Below are positions 1-10,360 of a stretch of DNA of 32,000 nt, in pieces. The notes beneath the pieces were generated by a model. The model made no database searches. It saw only the letters and a program-made list of their open reading frames with translations, and had not been told where the DNA came from. The stretch lies in NCBI RefSeq assembly GCF_043950625.1, contig NZ_CP171007.1, one strand, 5' to 3'. The DNA is from Alkanindiges sp. WGS2144. GTDB taxonomy: Bacteria > Pseudomonadota > Gammaproteobacteria > Pseudomonadales > Moraxellaceae. Position 1 is the first letter of the stretch. Every line of letters begins with the position of its first letter. Made by a program: the position numbers and the translations under genes.

Positions 1-1
1 T

Positions 2-499
2 TCTGAACTAACGGTTGCTATTATTGGTGATATCAAGCATTCGCGAGTGGCGCGTTCTGATATCGAGGCACTGCAAACTTTAGGTGCAAAAGAAATTCGG
101 GTAATAGGCCCCAAAACCTTGCTGCCTACTGGCATTGAAGAGTTTGGCGTAAAAGTGTTTGAGAACATGGATAAGGGTGTAGAAGACTGTGACGTGCTGA
201 TCGCCCTCCGAATTCAAAATGAGCGAATTGGTTCGCCCTTGCTGGCTTCCAGTGAGGAGTTTTACAAGTTATACGGACTGACGGAGGCGCGGGTACAGCG
301 TGCAGCGCCCAATGCGCTGGTCATGCATCCGGGACCCATGAACCGTGGGGTGGAAATAGCTTCTAGCGTGGCTGATGGCCCGCAATCTTTGATCTTAAAG
401 CAGGTCAATTATGGTATTGCCGTGCGTATGGCCGTGTTGGCATTGAGTATGCAGGGGCAACTTGAGGCAAAAGGCTTACTCAATCAGCAGGCGGTATAA
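2..499 (+). CDS. pyrB: Aspartate carbamoyltransferase catalytic subunit, C-terminal part (5' end lies outside the window)
   Basis: The frame is open from position 2 and reads [20 protein letters not shown]..., matching the conserved ATCase GD-x-x-HSRVA motif. [11 protein letters not shown] is present later. It is followed by a dihydroorotase-like gene, as in pyrBC' operons. Confidence 0.9.
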   Translation, partial: SELTVAIIGDIKHSRVARSDIEALQTLGAKEIRVIGPKTLLPTGIEEFGVKVFENMDKGVEDCDVLIALRIQNERIGSPLLASSEEFYKLYGLTEARVQRAAPNALVMHPGPMNRGVEIASSVADGPQSLILKQVNYGIAVRMAVLALSMQGQLEAKGLLNQQAV

Positions 500-509
500 G
501 GGGCGTAAT

Positions 510-1736
510 ATGAGTATTATTGAAATTAAAAATGTCCGTGTGCTTGACCCGGTAAGCCAGACTGATGAAGTTAAAACTGTATTGATTCAGGATGGAAAAA
601 TCATAGAGACGGGTGCGGCAACCACCAGTATTGACGGTCAGGGCAAATGGTTAATGCCAGCCCTGGTGGATTTGTGTGCACGCTTGCGTGAGCCTGGTCA
701 GCAGCAGCATGGCACTTTAAAAAGTGAGGGACAGGCAGCACGGGCAGCCGGTTTTTTGCATGTGGTACTGCCACCAGATACCAAGCCAGTTCAGGATAAC
801 GGTGCCTTATTAAAAGGTTTGCGTGAAAAAGCTTTTCATGATGGTGGAATTTATCTACATCCGATTGGCGCACAAACCAAAGGACTTGAAGGCAGGCAGC
901 CTTCCAATATGGCCGGTCTTAAGCAGGGTGGCTGTATTGCAGTGGGTAATGCCCGTGCATCGTTTGTCGATGATGATGTCTTGCTGCGTACGCTGGAATA
1001 TGCAGCAAGCCTGGACTTAAAAGTATTTTTTTATCCTGAAGAAGCCACCATTGCCAAAGATGGCTATGTACATGATGGTTTTACTGCGTCGCGTCAGGGT
1101 TTAACCGGTATTCCTGCCATTGCAGAAACAGTGGCGCTGGCCAAGCAATTGCTGATGATTGAAGCCACTGGCGTACAGGCACATTTTGGTTTGTTGTCCT
1201 GTGGTGCATCGGTTGAGTTAATCAGGGCAGCCAAGGTCAAAGGTTTGAAGGTGACTGCTGATGTTGCCATGCATCAGTTGCATTTAACTGATCAAACCAT
1301 TGATGGCTTTAATTCCTTGGCGCATGTACGTCCGCCACTGCGTAGTGAGTCTGATTGCGAATTGCTGCGGCAAGGTATTGCCAGTGGAGTAATTGATGCG
1401 ATTTGCTCACACCATGAGCCATTATCAGCTTCAGCCAAACTGGCACCTTTTGCAGAAACCGAGGCGGGTATTTCGGGCTTTGATACGTTTATGGCATTGG
1501 GTACAGCCCTTGTGCATCAGAGCTTGCTTAGTCCTTTACAGCTAGCTAGTTGCATTAGTCAGAAGCCTGCTTATATTGCAGGTATTGAAACTCAGTGGCA
1601 GGAGACTGGTGGCTGGGTACTGGTCGATCCTGAGCAGGAGTGGGTGGTCAGTAATGATCAGTTCCGCTCGCAGGGCAGAAATACACCGTTTCTGGGTGCA
1701 GCAGTAAAAGGCCGTACGCTGGAATTGTTTATTTAA
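510..1736 (+). CDS. Dihydroorotase-like protein, probably the non-catalytic PyrC' partner of ATCase
   Basis: Amidohydrolase/DHOase-like length and layout, located 10 nt after pyrB. Start taken at ATG 510 (MSIIEIKN) rather than the upstream ATG at 462. The usual metal-binding D-x-H-x-H is DLCAR (669-683), and the TDHAP-type motif reads CSHHEP. Confidence 0.8.
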   Translation: MSIIEIKNVRVLDPVSQTDEVKTVLIQDGKIIETGAATTSIDGQGKWLMPALVDLCARLREPGQQQHGTLKSEGQAARAAGFLHVVLPPDTKPVQDNGALLKGLREKAFHDGGIYLHPIGAQTKGLEGRQPSNMAGLKQGGCIAVGNARASFVDDDVLLRTLEYAASLDLKVFFYPEEATIAKDGYVHDGFTASRQGLTGIPAIAETVALAKQLLMIEATGVQAHFGLLSCGASVELIRAAKVKGLKVTADVAMHQLHLTDQTIDGFNSLAHVRPPLRSESDCELLRQGIASGVIDAICSHHEPLSASAKLAPFAETEAGISGFDTFMALGTALVHQSLLSPLQLASCISQKPAYIAGIETQWQETGGWVLVDPEQEWVVSNDQFRSQGRNTPFLGAAVKGRTLELFI

Positions 1737-1772
1737 GTCGTATAACGCCGCTCAGAAATGTAGTGGTCAACT

Positions 1773-2249
1773 CTATAAAGTGTTGGCCACTGCTTCAAGT
1801 TGTTTGGCGCATTGGGTCCAGCCTTCTGTAAAGCCCATATCATTATGTTTTTGCCGGTCTGCTGTACTTTTATGCATGACAGTCAGATGATAACCAGTCA
1901 CTTCTCCATGATCGCTAAGCCGGATATGCACAGTCATAAATGCTTGTTCTGCTGGCCGGAAATCTATGGTTAGGGCGTCTGTCCAGCACAGTTTTTCCGG
2001 CGCTATCACTTCAGTAAAGCAGCCCGAGTTTGGATATTGCTCGCCATCAGGTGCCTGCATCAGGGTATAAAACTCGCCTCCACAGCGTAGATCAAGACGA
2101 CATTCAGGTGTGGTATAAGGTTTGGGTGCAAACCATTGTTGAATCAATTCAGGCTGGGTGAGCGCCTGCCATACTTTTTCCCGTGGCGCAGCAATAACCA
2201 GATCCAGTGTCAGGTCAAGTTCGTGATTTATCATGCTCGTGTTTGTCAT
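1773..2249 (-). CDS. SRPBCC / AHSA1 (Aha1-like) domain protein
   Basis: 158 aa. The pattern ...VWQALTQPELIQQWF...P...G G.F... is typical of Activator-of-Hsp90-ATPase-homolog (START-like) small proteins. Confidence 0.65.
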   Translation of the reverse strand: MTNTSMINHELDLTLDLVIAAPREKVWQALTQPELIQQWFAPKPYTTPECRLDLRCGGEFYTLMQAPDGEQYPNSGCFTEVIAPEKLCWTDALTIDFRPAEQAFMTVHIRLSDHGEVTGYHLTVMHKSTADRQKHNDMGFTEGWTQCAKQLEAVANTL

Positions 2250-2306
2250 TATTTATTCCCCTTGAACTTTAAATAAAGATTAGCACAGCAAAAAATCATC
2301 GCCTGC

Positions 2307-2717
2307 TTAATTTATGTATCCTTTGGCATAGCTTCCTGTGACGTGTGCAACCAGTTTTTCACCAGATAAAAGCTCCACTCGCATCAGGGTATATTTCTTG
2401 CTATCCTTTACCAGATAAGCCATAGCCTGTAACTCCTGTGGGGCAGGGCGACTTAAAAAATGAATTTGTAAATCGCGGGTGACGCTATTTAGATTTTGTT
2501 CATCTAAAGCCAGCATCAGGGCATACATGGCAGCATCGCTGAGCGCCATTAAAATTGGCCCGGAAATAGTATTGCCATGTCGGGTCTGCGAAGGTTTAAA
2601 CGGTAAAATACAGCGGACTGCTGGCAGGTTGATGTCCGATACATAAAAACCTTGCATATCCGATAATGGCACGCTTTGGCTAATCAATTGGGTAATGTGT
2701 TGTGCTTGCGAACTCAT
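2307..2717 (-). CDS. PaaI/YigI-type hotdog-fold thioesterase
   Basis: 136 aa. An NT-x-G-x-IHGG-like segment (HGNTISGPILMALSDAAM) is characteristic of PaaI-family thioesterases. Confidence 0.7.
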   Translation of the reverse strand: MSSQAQHITQLISQSVPLSDMQGFYVSDINLPAVRCILPFKPSQTRHGNTISGPILMALSDAAMYALMLALDEQNLNSVTRDLQIHFLSRPAPQELQAMAYLVKDSKKYTLMRVELLSGEKLVAHVTGSYAKGYIN

Positions 2718-2769
2718 GTATGATCCTGTAGATAAAAATTAACATCCAATCGCATATGAAAAACCACTT

Positions 2770-3537
2770 ATGAAAGTCAGCTTTATTGGTAGCGGTAATG
2801 TAGCAACCCATCTTGCTTATGCATTCCATGGTTTAAATTATTCGATTGCTCAAGTCTATAGTCCAAAGTTACAAAATGCACAGCTTCTGGCACAAGAGGT
2901 ACAGGCACAGGCAATAACGGATATTGCTGAATTGGATGTAGCAGATATTTATTTTATTGCGGTTAAGGACAGCGCCATTGCTACAGTGGCAGCACAGCTT
3001 GCAGATTTAAATATACAGGGAATAGTGGTGCATACTTCGGGTAGCACAGATATCAATGCATTGGCAACCGCTAGCCCATATTATGGTGTATTTTATCCAT
3101 TGCAGACATTTTCCAAAAATCAGCCGCTTGATTTTAAAAATATACCATTACTATTAGAAGCCAATGACCAGTCTACCTTGCAACAGCTTGACCAGTTGGC
3201 CAGGGGCTTGAGCCAGCAGGTTTATCACTATAGTTCAGCCCAGCGACGCAGCCTGCATCTGGCAGCGGTACTGGCCTGTAATTTTTCCAATTATTTGTAT
3301 AGCCTGGCGGATCAATATTTAAATGAGCAGGGCGTTGATTTTAATTTACTAAAGCCATTAATTCTGGAAACTGCCCACAAAAGTCAAAATAATGCACCAG
3401 TTCATGTACAGACTGGCCCAGCTGTCCGGCATGATCAGACCATACTGGACATGCATATGCAGATGCTGAATGATCAGCCGCAACTACAGCAAATTTATCA
3501 ATTACTCAGCAGTGGTATTATGCAGTTGCACTCATAA
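2770..3537 (+). CDS. Rossmann-fold protein, DUF2520 / F420-dependent NADP-oxidoreductase-like
   Basis: N-terminal dinucleotide-binding loop MKVSFIGSGNVATHLA. The C-terminal half (SLHLAAVLACNFSNYL ... QTGPAVR.D) is typical of the DUF2520 family. Confidence 0.6.
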   Translation: MKVSFIGSGNVATHLAYAFHGLNYSIAQVYSPKLQNAQLLAQEVQAQAITDIAELDVADIYFIAVKDSAIATVAAQLADLNIQGIVVHTSGSTDINALATASPYYGVFYPLQTFSKNQPLDFKNIPLLLEANDQSTLQQLDQLARGLSQQVYHYSSAQRRSLHLAAVLACNFSNYLYSLADQYLNEQGVDFNLLKPLILETAHKSQNNAPVHVQTGPAVRHDQTILDMHMQMLNDQPQLQQIYQLLSSGIMQLHS

Positions 3538-3548
3538 GCCCATGCGTT

Positions 3549-3929
3549 TTAGTGATCGTTTTTCCAGTCAAAAGTATTTAATTGCTCGTCAGATAAGTCC
3601 TGACCCTGCCAGATTTGTGCATTTTGAAACCCTAGACCTAAGAATAGCTCCCGTAAGGCCCGTTGTTCAATATCTGATAGCCCACCATCGACCAGCTCTT
3701 TGGGATGAATAATCGCTCGATAGCTTTTCAAGCCGGGTATTTTGGCATGATGGTTAAAATGCTGTTTTAACAGTTGTTCGGCATCTGTAAAACTGCCCAA
3801 CAGCATGCGGGGATGCGTAAACTCACCGTTAACAATGGTCAGCTGCTGTGTATCGCAACTATATAATTTAAACTGATTTTTAAATACCTGAACATAGATG
3901 GTTTTTGGCTTAAACCAGTTTTTAAACAT
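3549..3929 (-). CDS. Hypothetical protein (126 aa), no family recognised
   Basis: Intact ORF that fills the gap between flanking genes without overlap. No motif recognised. Confidence 0.45.
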   Translation of the reverse strand: MFKNWFKPKTIYVQVFKNQFKLYSCDTQQLTIVNGEFTHPRMLLGSFTDAEQLLKQHFNHHAKIPGLKSYRAIIHPKELVDGGLSDIEQRALRELFLGLGFQNAQIWQGQDLSDEQLNTFDWKNDH

Positions 3930-3943
3930 TGCTATAGTCCCGT

Positions 3944-3971
3944 AAAAAGCTTAAATCTGCAAAATTGCAGA
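3944..3971 (-). terminator. Weak hairpin plus U-rich tract directly after the trmB stop codon
   Basis: TCTGCA-aaat-TGCAGA (3956-3971). On the minus strand it is followed by TTTAAGCTTTTT. The stem is short (6 bp), so it may only attenuate read-through into the next gene. Confidence 0.35.
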
Positions 3972-4724
3972 CTAGATTTTCTTAAAAATAAAGTCCCATA
4001 CACCATGACCTGCTTCGTGACCACGTCGCTCAAACTTGGTCAGGGGGCGCCATTCAGGCCGGGGTGCTGGATTGCCTTTACCATACAAGTTTTTAAGGGC
4101 CGGGCGATTGTCCAGAACATCCTGCATCCATTCTGCATACGGTTGCCAGTCAGTTGCTGCATGAAACCAGCCCCCTTTTGCCAGTTTTTGTTCCACCAGT
4201 GGCATACGCTCATGTGATACAAAGCGGCGTTTAAAGTGGCGTTTTTTCTGCCACGGGTCAGGGAAATAAAGCTGCAAACGATCAATTGAGCCATCCGGCA
4301 GGCCTTTTAATACTTCAATGGCATCTGCTTCCATAACACGTAAGTTGGTTAAGCCTTCAGTGCCTGCTTCATAAACACACTGGGCAATACCGGGAATATG
4401 CACTTCAATACCCAGAAAGTTACGCATTGGCGCCGCTTTGGCCATTTCGACCAGCGAGCGTCCCATGCCAAAGCCAATTTCCAGTGTTAAAGGGCGTTCA
4501 GGATGTTCAAACAACTGACGTGCATCATGAACAGGTGCCTCTACAATCAGGTGCTTGTAGTCTTCCAGTGCCTGTTTCTGTGAGGTATTTAAAGGCGAGG
4601 AACGACGCATAAACGTTAAAACCGGGCGATGTGCCTGATCTGCTTGTAGCTCATCAGGCTGGTCGGCAAGCTGAATAGGCTCTGGTGTATGCTGTTGCTC
4701 TGGCGTGGAAGAAGGCTGCGTCAT
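3972..4724 (-). CDS. trmB: tRNA (guanine46-N7)-methyltransferase
   Basis: SAM-binding LEIGFGMG and the diagnostic FPDPWQKKRHFKRR motif. Confidence 0.92.
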   Translation of the reverse strand: MTQPSSTPEQQHTPEPIQLADQPDELQADQAHRPVLTFMRRSSPLNTSQKQALEDYKHLIVEAPVHDARQLFEHPERPLTLEIGFGMGRSLVEMAKAAPMRNFLGIEVHIPGIAQCVYEAGTEGLTNLRVMEADAIEVLKGLPDGSIDRLQLYFPDPWQKKRHFKRRFVSHERMPLVEQKLAKGGWFHAATDWQPYAEWMQDVLDNRPALKNLYGKGNPAPRPEWRPLTKFERRGHEAGHGVWDFIFKKI

Positions 4725-4874
4725 GGCTAACTATAAAAGCGGTTAAAAATGAACGGGCATTGTACTGGATTTTCAATTTGTTTACTGCCTGTATAAACTT
4801 AAATGAAGGTTTAAAAAATTTGTTCTTTCTCCAATTTAGAGTTTAATTTGAATAATCGGCATAGGTACATTGAT

Positions 4875-5117
4875 ATGGCACAAGAACAACCGCTAGCTAA
4901 GAAAATCTGGTTTCCTGCCAAGCGTTATGGTTTGGGCTGGGGCTCGCCGGTAGCGTGGCAAGGCTGGCTGGTATTGATTATATATTTTATTTTGCTGGTG
5001 AGCGGTACGCTGTTACTCAGTTATCACGGTAGCATGATGTATTATCTACTTTACGTATTCATCATCACCTTCATTTTATTGATAATCTGCTATATAAAAG
5101 GCGAAAAACTTGGCTAG
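4875..5117 (+). CDS. Small two-TM membrane protein (80 aa from ATG 4875)
   Basis: Two long hydrophobic stretches follow KRYGLGWGSPVAWQGW. The ORF track starts at TTG 4848; the ATG at 4875 is more plausible. Confidence 0.5.
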   Translation: MAQEQPLAKKIWFPAKRYGLGWGSPVAWQGWLVLIIYFILLVSGTLLLSYHGSMMYYLLYVFIITFILLIICYIKGEKLG

Positions 5118-5170
5118 GATGCGTCAGAAAAAACCTGTGTACTGTTCTTACCATGCAAAATTTTTAAGTC

Positions 5171-5776
5171 ATGACTTTCTCTATTGCCCAAATTGTTAGC
5201 ACTCAGCAGGATATTAAAAAAAGTCGTTTTAGCGCTATTGCCGCACCAGTAGCGTCTATTGCCGAGGCGCAGGCTTTTTTGGCACAGCAGCATGATGGCA
5301 GCGCCACGCATCAATGCTGGGCATGGAAAATTCATGGGCAAAGCCGGGTGAACGATGATGGGGAACCGGGTGGTACAGCAGGGCGGCCAATTCTGGCAGT
5401 TATTGAGGGGCAGCAACTGGACAACGTGGTGGTGCTGGTTAATCGCTGGTACGGGGGTATCAAGCTGGGAACGGGTGGCCTGGTACGAGCTTATGGCAGC
5501 ACCGCGCAGCTTTGCTTGCAACAGGCTGAAAAAATAGAAAATCTGGAAAAAGTAGCTGTACAGTTTTTTGCCAGTTTTAGCCTGTGGCCGCGTATTGATC
5601 ATTATCTGACAGGCCAGCAGCTTAGGCCTGTGCAGCTTGATTATCAAAATCAGGGTATTGGGGTTGAGTTGCTGATAGGTTTACCGCAAAAAGATGAATT
5701 GTCTCGCTGGCTTATGGATGTCAGCGCCGGGAAAATTCAGCTTAAAGCACATATCGATGACCAGAAAGATGAGTAA
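5171..5776 (+). CDS. yigZ: IMPACT/YigZ family protein
   Basis: KSRF-x-A...A..F......H.CWAW... then DDGEPGGTAG.P and GG(I/V)KLG motifs, typical of the UPF0029/YigZ N-terminal domain. Confidence 0.85.
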   Translation: MTFSIAQIVSTQQDIKKSRFSAIAAPVASIAEAQAFLAQQHDGSATHQCWAWKIHGQSRVNDDGEPGGTAGRPILAVIEGQQLDNVVVLVNRWYGGIKLGTGGLVRAYGSTAQLCLQQAEKIENLEKVAVQFFASFSLWPRIDHYLTGQQLRPVQLDYQNQGIGVELLIGLPQKDELSRWLMDVSAGKIQLKAHIDDQKDE

Positions 5777-5826
5777 GCAGATAACCCTGACGCACTACAC
5801 TGGACAGGCTATAAGCTGAACAAGTG

Positions 5827-6588
5827 TTAGGCCGGGCAAATAGAAGTATGACGGGTTAAATCTGGCCCCCAGGTTCTAAAGCCTTGCGTATCAATATGAA
5901 TTTGTCCACTGGCATACACCCCCAGCCCCATATTCAGGCGAGCACCATTTTCCTTCCAGTACTGACATAGCTGATGTTTGGCGCGGGCAATTTTCTCCTG
6001 CTCATTGTAATCAGGCTGCTCACTACCGATGCGAAAATCCAGCGCTGAATTATGAACATGCTTGCTACCCGGGCTACCATTGGCGCACTGGTTGAGTTCC
6101 GGGTCACGATATACCGAAGTAATTTCTATATTGTCCAGAATTTTTCTGTCCTGTAAATCCTGCAATACTTTGAGGGTCGGCGTCAGGTTGTCCCATAGCT
6201 CGCTGGATGGAACCGCATAGGGTTCACGGCCGCAGCGCTGCCAGTCACGTGCACTTTTGACCAGTTCAAATATAGGTGCTGCATTGCTGACGTCATGACG
6301 AATCAGATAATTATAGTAGCGGTTAACCTGTTCTTTATGCGAGGCCTGTTTTAACCATTGTTCATAGCTTTGCGGTGCAGTCCGATGCCAGTGCACATTG
6401 TGTTCAATATGCAGCTCAGACGGTGGAGTTTTTAGCGTTAAGGTTTGGTTTTGAGCCGGCTTGGGTGTTTGTACCGGTGTGTTTGTAGTTTTTACTGGCT
6501 GATAGGTACAGCTTCCTAATAGCGGACTAATACACAGTAGAAATAACCAGTGAAATCGAGGATCACCCGCTTTGGTATGCTGTGGCAT
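5827..6588 (-). CDS. Lipoprotein, peptidase M15 (D-Ala-D-Ala carboxypeptidase/VanY-like) family
   Basis: Signal peptide with lipobox LLGSC. Zinc-peptidase signature S-K-H-V-H-N-S-A-L-D (SxHxxGxAxD-like), plus a later IHID. Confidence 0.65.
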   Translation of the reverse strand: MPQHTKAGDPRFHWLFLLCISPLLGSCTYQPVKTTNTPVQTPKPAQNQTLTLKTPPSELHIEHNVHWHRTAPQSYEQWLKQASHKEQVNRYYNYLIRHDVSNAAPIFELVKSARDWQRCGREPYAVPSSELWDNLTPTLKVLQDLQDRKILDNIEITSVYRDPELNQCANGSPGSKHVHNSALDFRIGSEQPDYNEQEKIARAKHQLCQYWKENGARLNMGLGVYASGQIHIDTQGFRTWGPDLTRHTSICPA

Positions 6589-6711
6589 TGGTACTCCCTA
6601 AGGCAGTATTGATGATGCAAAAGTAATCGTTCGTGTTATATTGTAACAACTGCACAATTTTGCAAGATGTTTGTACCACTTAATTTTGTAAAAAACTGCT
6701 GCGGGGTTACC

Positions 6712-6740
6712 AATAAAAAAGCCCGCATAATAACGCGAGC
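6712..6740 (-). terminator. Rho-independent terminator of fdxA
   Basis: The minus strand reads GCUCGCG-uuauuau-GCGGGC (one G-U pair) followed by UUUUUUAUU. It lies 18 nt after the fdxA stop. Confidence 0.6.
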
Positions 6741-6757
6741 ATTTTGGAGGGGACGAA

Positions 6758-7081
6758 TTAACGCTCCAGATATTTTAATTTGTCAGGTACGCCATTCCAT
6801 TCTTCACGGTCGGCTGGCTGATCACCAATCTGGGTAATGTTAGGCCATTTTTGCGCCAGGTCGGCATTAATTTCGATAAATACTTCCTGTCCCTCAGGCA
6901 GCTCATCTTCAGAAAAAATAGCATTTGCCGGGCATTCTGGTTCACACAGTGCGCAGTCAATACATTCATCTGGATGGATAACCAGAAAGTTAGGCCCTTC
7001 ATAAAAGCAGTCGACTGGGCAAACTTCCACACAGTCCTGATATTTACATTTAATACAGTTTTCGGTGACAACAAAGGTCAT
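6758..7081 (-). CDS. fdxA: 7Fe ferredoxin (Azotobacter type, [3Fe-4S][4Fe-4S])
   Basis: [29 protein letters not shown] ... [12 protein letters not shown] cysteine pattern. Start taken at the internal ATG, giving 107 aa. Confidence 0.92.
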   Translation of the reverse strand: MTFVVTENCIKCKYQDCVEVCPVDCFYEGPNFLVIHPDECIDCALCEPECPANAIFSEDELPEGQEVFIEINADLAQKWPNITQIGDQPADREEWNGVPDKLKYLER

Positions 7082-7393
7082 GGCGACAGCTACCCTGAAA
7101 CATGATGTTAGCAATTGGCGGCTATTTTAGGCGTTTTTGCCTGCCAGTAACAATTGCTTTTAGTGATATTATTTATATGTATATCGGCTATAAGGTCATG
7201 CCTTTGATTTATAATAATAAATTTATTTTTAGCTATAAACTCTTCTGCCACAATCATTTAATATAGGCTTTTGGGCGTAATATGCTTTTTGAGCGATCCA
7301 TACTATGAGGTATGCTCAGTTTTGGTCATACCTCTTGACTCGTCATGCCTTTTTTTAAGTACGTTGGTCGCGCCGCAAGCGTTTCCAGCCCTT

Positions 7394-10045
7394 TTACTTT
7401 TTGAGCTGTTGCTTTAACTCGTATAAAAGCTCAAGCGCCTGCCGCGGTGTCAGGTTATCCACTTCAATCTGCTTAAGCTGCTCCAACACCGGCGAAGGTT
7501 TTTCTATCTCCACCTCAATGACCTGTGGTTCAGCGGCATTCATAGCTGGTACTTCAAGGTTAGTATCAAAATCAAATAAATCATTTTGATGGGCGCCGCC
7601 AATATATTTGCCTTGCTGGCGTTCCAGAATCTTTAAGCGTTGTCTGGCATCTTTCAGCACAGAAGCTGGAATGCCCGCCAGTTTGGCCACCTGTAAGCCA
7701 TGACTTTGATTGGCTGCACCAGTATGCACCTGATGCAGCAATATCAGGTCGCCATTAATTTCTTTGGCTGCCACATGATAGTTATCAATCCCAGCCTGTT
7801 GACCAAGCTCAGTCAGTTCAAAATAATGGGTAGCAAACAGGCATAGGCACTGGATGCGTTTGGCCAGATCCAGTACACAGGCCCAGGCCAGTGATAAGCC
7901 ATCATAGGTGCTGGTGCCACGACCCACTTCATCCATCAGAACCAGTGAATGACTGGTGGCATGGTGCAGGATTTGTGCAGTTTCGGTCATTTCCACCATA
8001 AAGGTTGACTTGCCGCTGGATAGATCATCGGCAGAACCAATCCGGGTAAAAATCCGGTCAATCGGCCCAAGCCGAGCCTGTTTGGCAGGGACAAAACTGC
8101 CGCAGTAGGCCAAAATGCAAATGAGTGCAGTCTGACGCATATAAGTGGATTTACCCCCCATATTCGGACCGGTAATCAATGCTAGCCGGTGTTTGTCATC
8201 TAAATGCACATCATTGGGAGTGAAGGAGGTTTTGATGAGTGACTCGACCACTGGATGTCGCCCACCCTGAATATCAATCGCGCAATCCGGTTGAAAAGAA
8301 GGGCGAGTCCACTGTCGGTTACGTGCCTGCGCTGCCCAGTTGCTTAATACATCAAGTTCGGCCAGCGCCATACTCATGCCTTGCAGTGCTGCCATATCCT
8401 GACGCAGGGTGGCTAATACCTGTTCAAATAGTTGTTTTTCACGGTTTAAGGCGCGCGACTCACTGGACAGGATTTTGTCCTCAAACGCTTTTAGTTCGGG
8501 GGTAATGTAGCGCTCGACGTTTTTTAGGGTTTGCCGGCGAATAAAGTGCGCTGGTGCCGCTTCACTTTGTGCACGGGTCAGTTCAATATAATAGCCACTC
8601 ACACGATTATAGCCAATTTTTAAGGTAGTAATACCTGTGATTTCACGCTCGCGCTGTTCCATATCCAGCAAAAACTGGTTGGCGTTATCCCGAATCTGTC
8701 TGAGTTCATCAAGTTCAGCATCAAAACCTTCGGCAATCACACCGCCTTCACGCAGTAATACAGGCGGTGTTTCAATAATAGCTTTGGCTAAAAACTCAAA
8801 AACATGGTTAAAACTGCCTAGCTGGCTGGATAGCTGATTGAGGTAAGTACTACGAGGATGCAGCGCTGGTTTTAACGCATGATGAATAAAGGGCAGTTGG
8901 CCGCAAGCCTGCCGCAGCATCACCAGATCACGCGGACGGGCAGTGCCCAGTGCAATCCGGCCAAGCACACGTTCAACATCACCTATATTCGCCAGTGCTA
9001 CCCGCACGGCTTCTTCATGATAACCGTTTAAAATATCATTAATGGCATCCAGCCGTTGCTCCAGTACCTGGGTATCACGCAAGGGCTGCATTAAATGACG
9101 CGCTAGCAGGCGCGAACCCATGGTAGTCTGGCAGCGGTCTACCAGTTTAAGCAGTGATGTACCGTGCTCAAACAGTGGCTCAGTAATTTCCAGGTTACGC
9201 CGAGTCACCGGGTCAAGTGCCACAAACGCATCCATGCTTTCTACCCGAATGCGCTGGATATGCGGTAAAGCGGTTTTTTGGGTTTCACTAGCATAATGCA
9301 GTAATGCGGCGGCGGCAGTCTGTGCCAGTTTTAGATGTTCCACACCAAAACCTGCCAGCGTACTGACCTTAAACTGGCGACACAGCACCTCGGTGGCATT
9401 GGTGCTATTGAAGTCCACATTGGGACGCTTGGTAATCGGGATATCAATATCCTGTTGCAACTGCCTGAAAAAGTCCTTGTCCTGATGATCCTCACTGATG
9501 AGAATCTCGGCGGGGTTGAGGCGTGCTAGCTCAATGTTCAGGCGTAAAAAGTCAAGCGGCATTTCCTGTACCAGAAACTGGCCGGAGCTTAACTCCAGCA
9601 GGGCAATACCTACTTTATCCTTATCAACGCTCAAGGCGGCAAGGCTGGCTGTCTGGCGGCTAGGCAGCAAGGCATCATCGGTTAGCGTACCGGGTGTCAG
9701 AATACGGACGACTTTACGTTCCATCGGTCCTTTACTGCTGACTTCCCCGACTTGTTCACAAATGGCAATGGTCTCACCCGCTTTAACCAGTCTGGCCAGA
9801 TAACCTTCGGCCGAATGATAAGGTACCCCGGCCATGGGAATAGGCTGGCCGTTACTTTTACCACGATGGGTCAGAGTAATGCCAAGCAGCTTTACTGCAT
9901 GGTGAGCATCATCAAAAAACAGTTCATAAAAATCGCCCATGCGATAAAACAGTAAGGCATGCGGATATTCCTGTTTGACTGTCAGGTATTGCTGCATCAT
10001 TGGGGTATGAGAGGAGAAGTCATGCTTGATATCAATAGCAGACAT
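7394..10045 (-). CDS. mutS: DNA mismatch repair protein MutS
   Basis: N-terminal TPMMQQYL...[11 protein letters not shown], Walker [19 protein letters not shown], and a C-terminal clamp-binding-like QNDLFDF. Start taken at MSAIDIK (ATG 10045). Confidence 0.97.
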   Translation of the reverse strand: MSAIDIKHDFSSHTPMMQQYLTVKQEYPHALLFYRMGDFYELFFDDAHHAVKLLGITLTHRGKSNGQPIPMAGVPYHSAEGYLARLVKAGETIAICEQVGEVSSKGPMERKVVRILTPGTLTDDALLPSRQTASLAALSVDKDKVGIALLELSSGQFLVQEMPLDFLRLNIELARLNPAEILISEDHQDKDFFRQLQQDIDIPITKRPNVDFNSTNATEVLCRQFKVSTLAGFGVEHLKLAQTAAAALLHYASETQKTALPHIQRIRVESMDAFVALDPVTRRNLEITEPLFEHGTSLLKLVDRCQTTMGSRLLARHLMQPLRDTQVLEQRLDAINDILNGYHEEAVRVALANIGDVERVLGRIALGTARPRDLVMLRQACGQLPFIHHALKPALHPRSTYLNQLSSQLGSFNHVFEFLAKAIIETPPVLLREGGVIAEGFDAELDELRQIRDNANQFLLDMEQREREITGITTLKIGYNRVSGYYIELTRAQSEAAPAHFIRRQTLKNVERYITPELKAFEDKILSSESRALNREKQLFEQVLATLRQDMAALQGMSMALAELDVLSNWAAQARNRQWTRPSFQPDCAIDIQGGRHPVVESLIKTSFTPNDVHLDDKHRLALITGPNMGGKSTYMRQTALICILAYCGSFVPAKQARLGPIDRIFTRIGSADDLSSGKSTFMVEMTETAQILHHATSHSLVLMDEVGRGTSTYDGLSLAWACVLDLAKRIQCLCLFATHYFELTELGQQAGIDNYHVAAKEINGDLILLHQVHTGAANQSHGLQVAKLAGIPASVLKDARQRLKILERQQGKYIGGAHQNDLFDFDTNLEVPAMNAAEPQVIEVEIEKPSPVLEQLKQIEVDNLTPRQALELLYELKQQLKK

Positions 10046-10360
10046 TAAAAATAATTCCTTTAAAAACAATAACAGTTAACAGGTTGTTCATGTATCAACT
10101 TTCCAAAAACACCTACTGAAAAGTGAATAAACCTAGCCCGGTGGTTCATTTTTATAATGGAATGAAGTGAACAGTAAGTGGGCAAGGAAACGCAAATCTT
10201 ATATAGAGCCTGATTCTAACAAACTTGGAAGAAGTAATAAAAAGAATACCGTAATAGATAGGACAAGCAGTGTAGATTAGTGAGTAAATCCGGCATAAAA
10301 AAGAAAAAACTTCAAATAGAGGGTCTGCCTTTAATAGGTGTCGCCTACCGTTTTTAAATT

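Noticed and set aside
5114-5647. 177-aa ORF on the minus strand
   Set aside because: It is antisense to the well-supported yigZ gene and overlaps the end of the small membrane protein gene. No motifs were found, so it is treated as a shadow ORF.
7401-9955. Multiple 60-100-aa plus-strand ORFs inside mutS
   Set aside because: All are antisense to mutS, Ser/Leu/Arg-rich and motif-free. They are treated as shadow ORFs.
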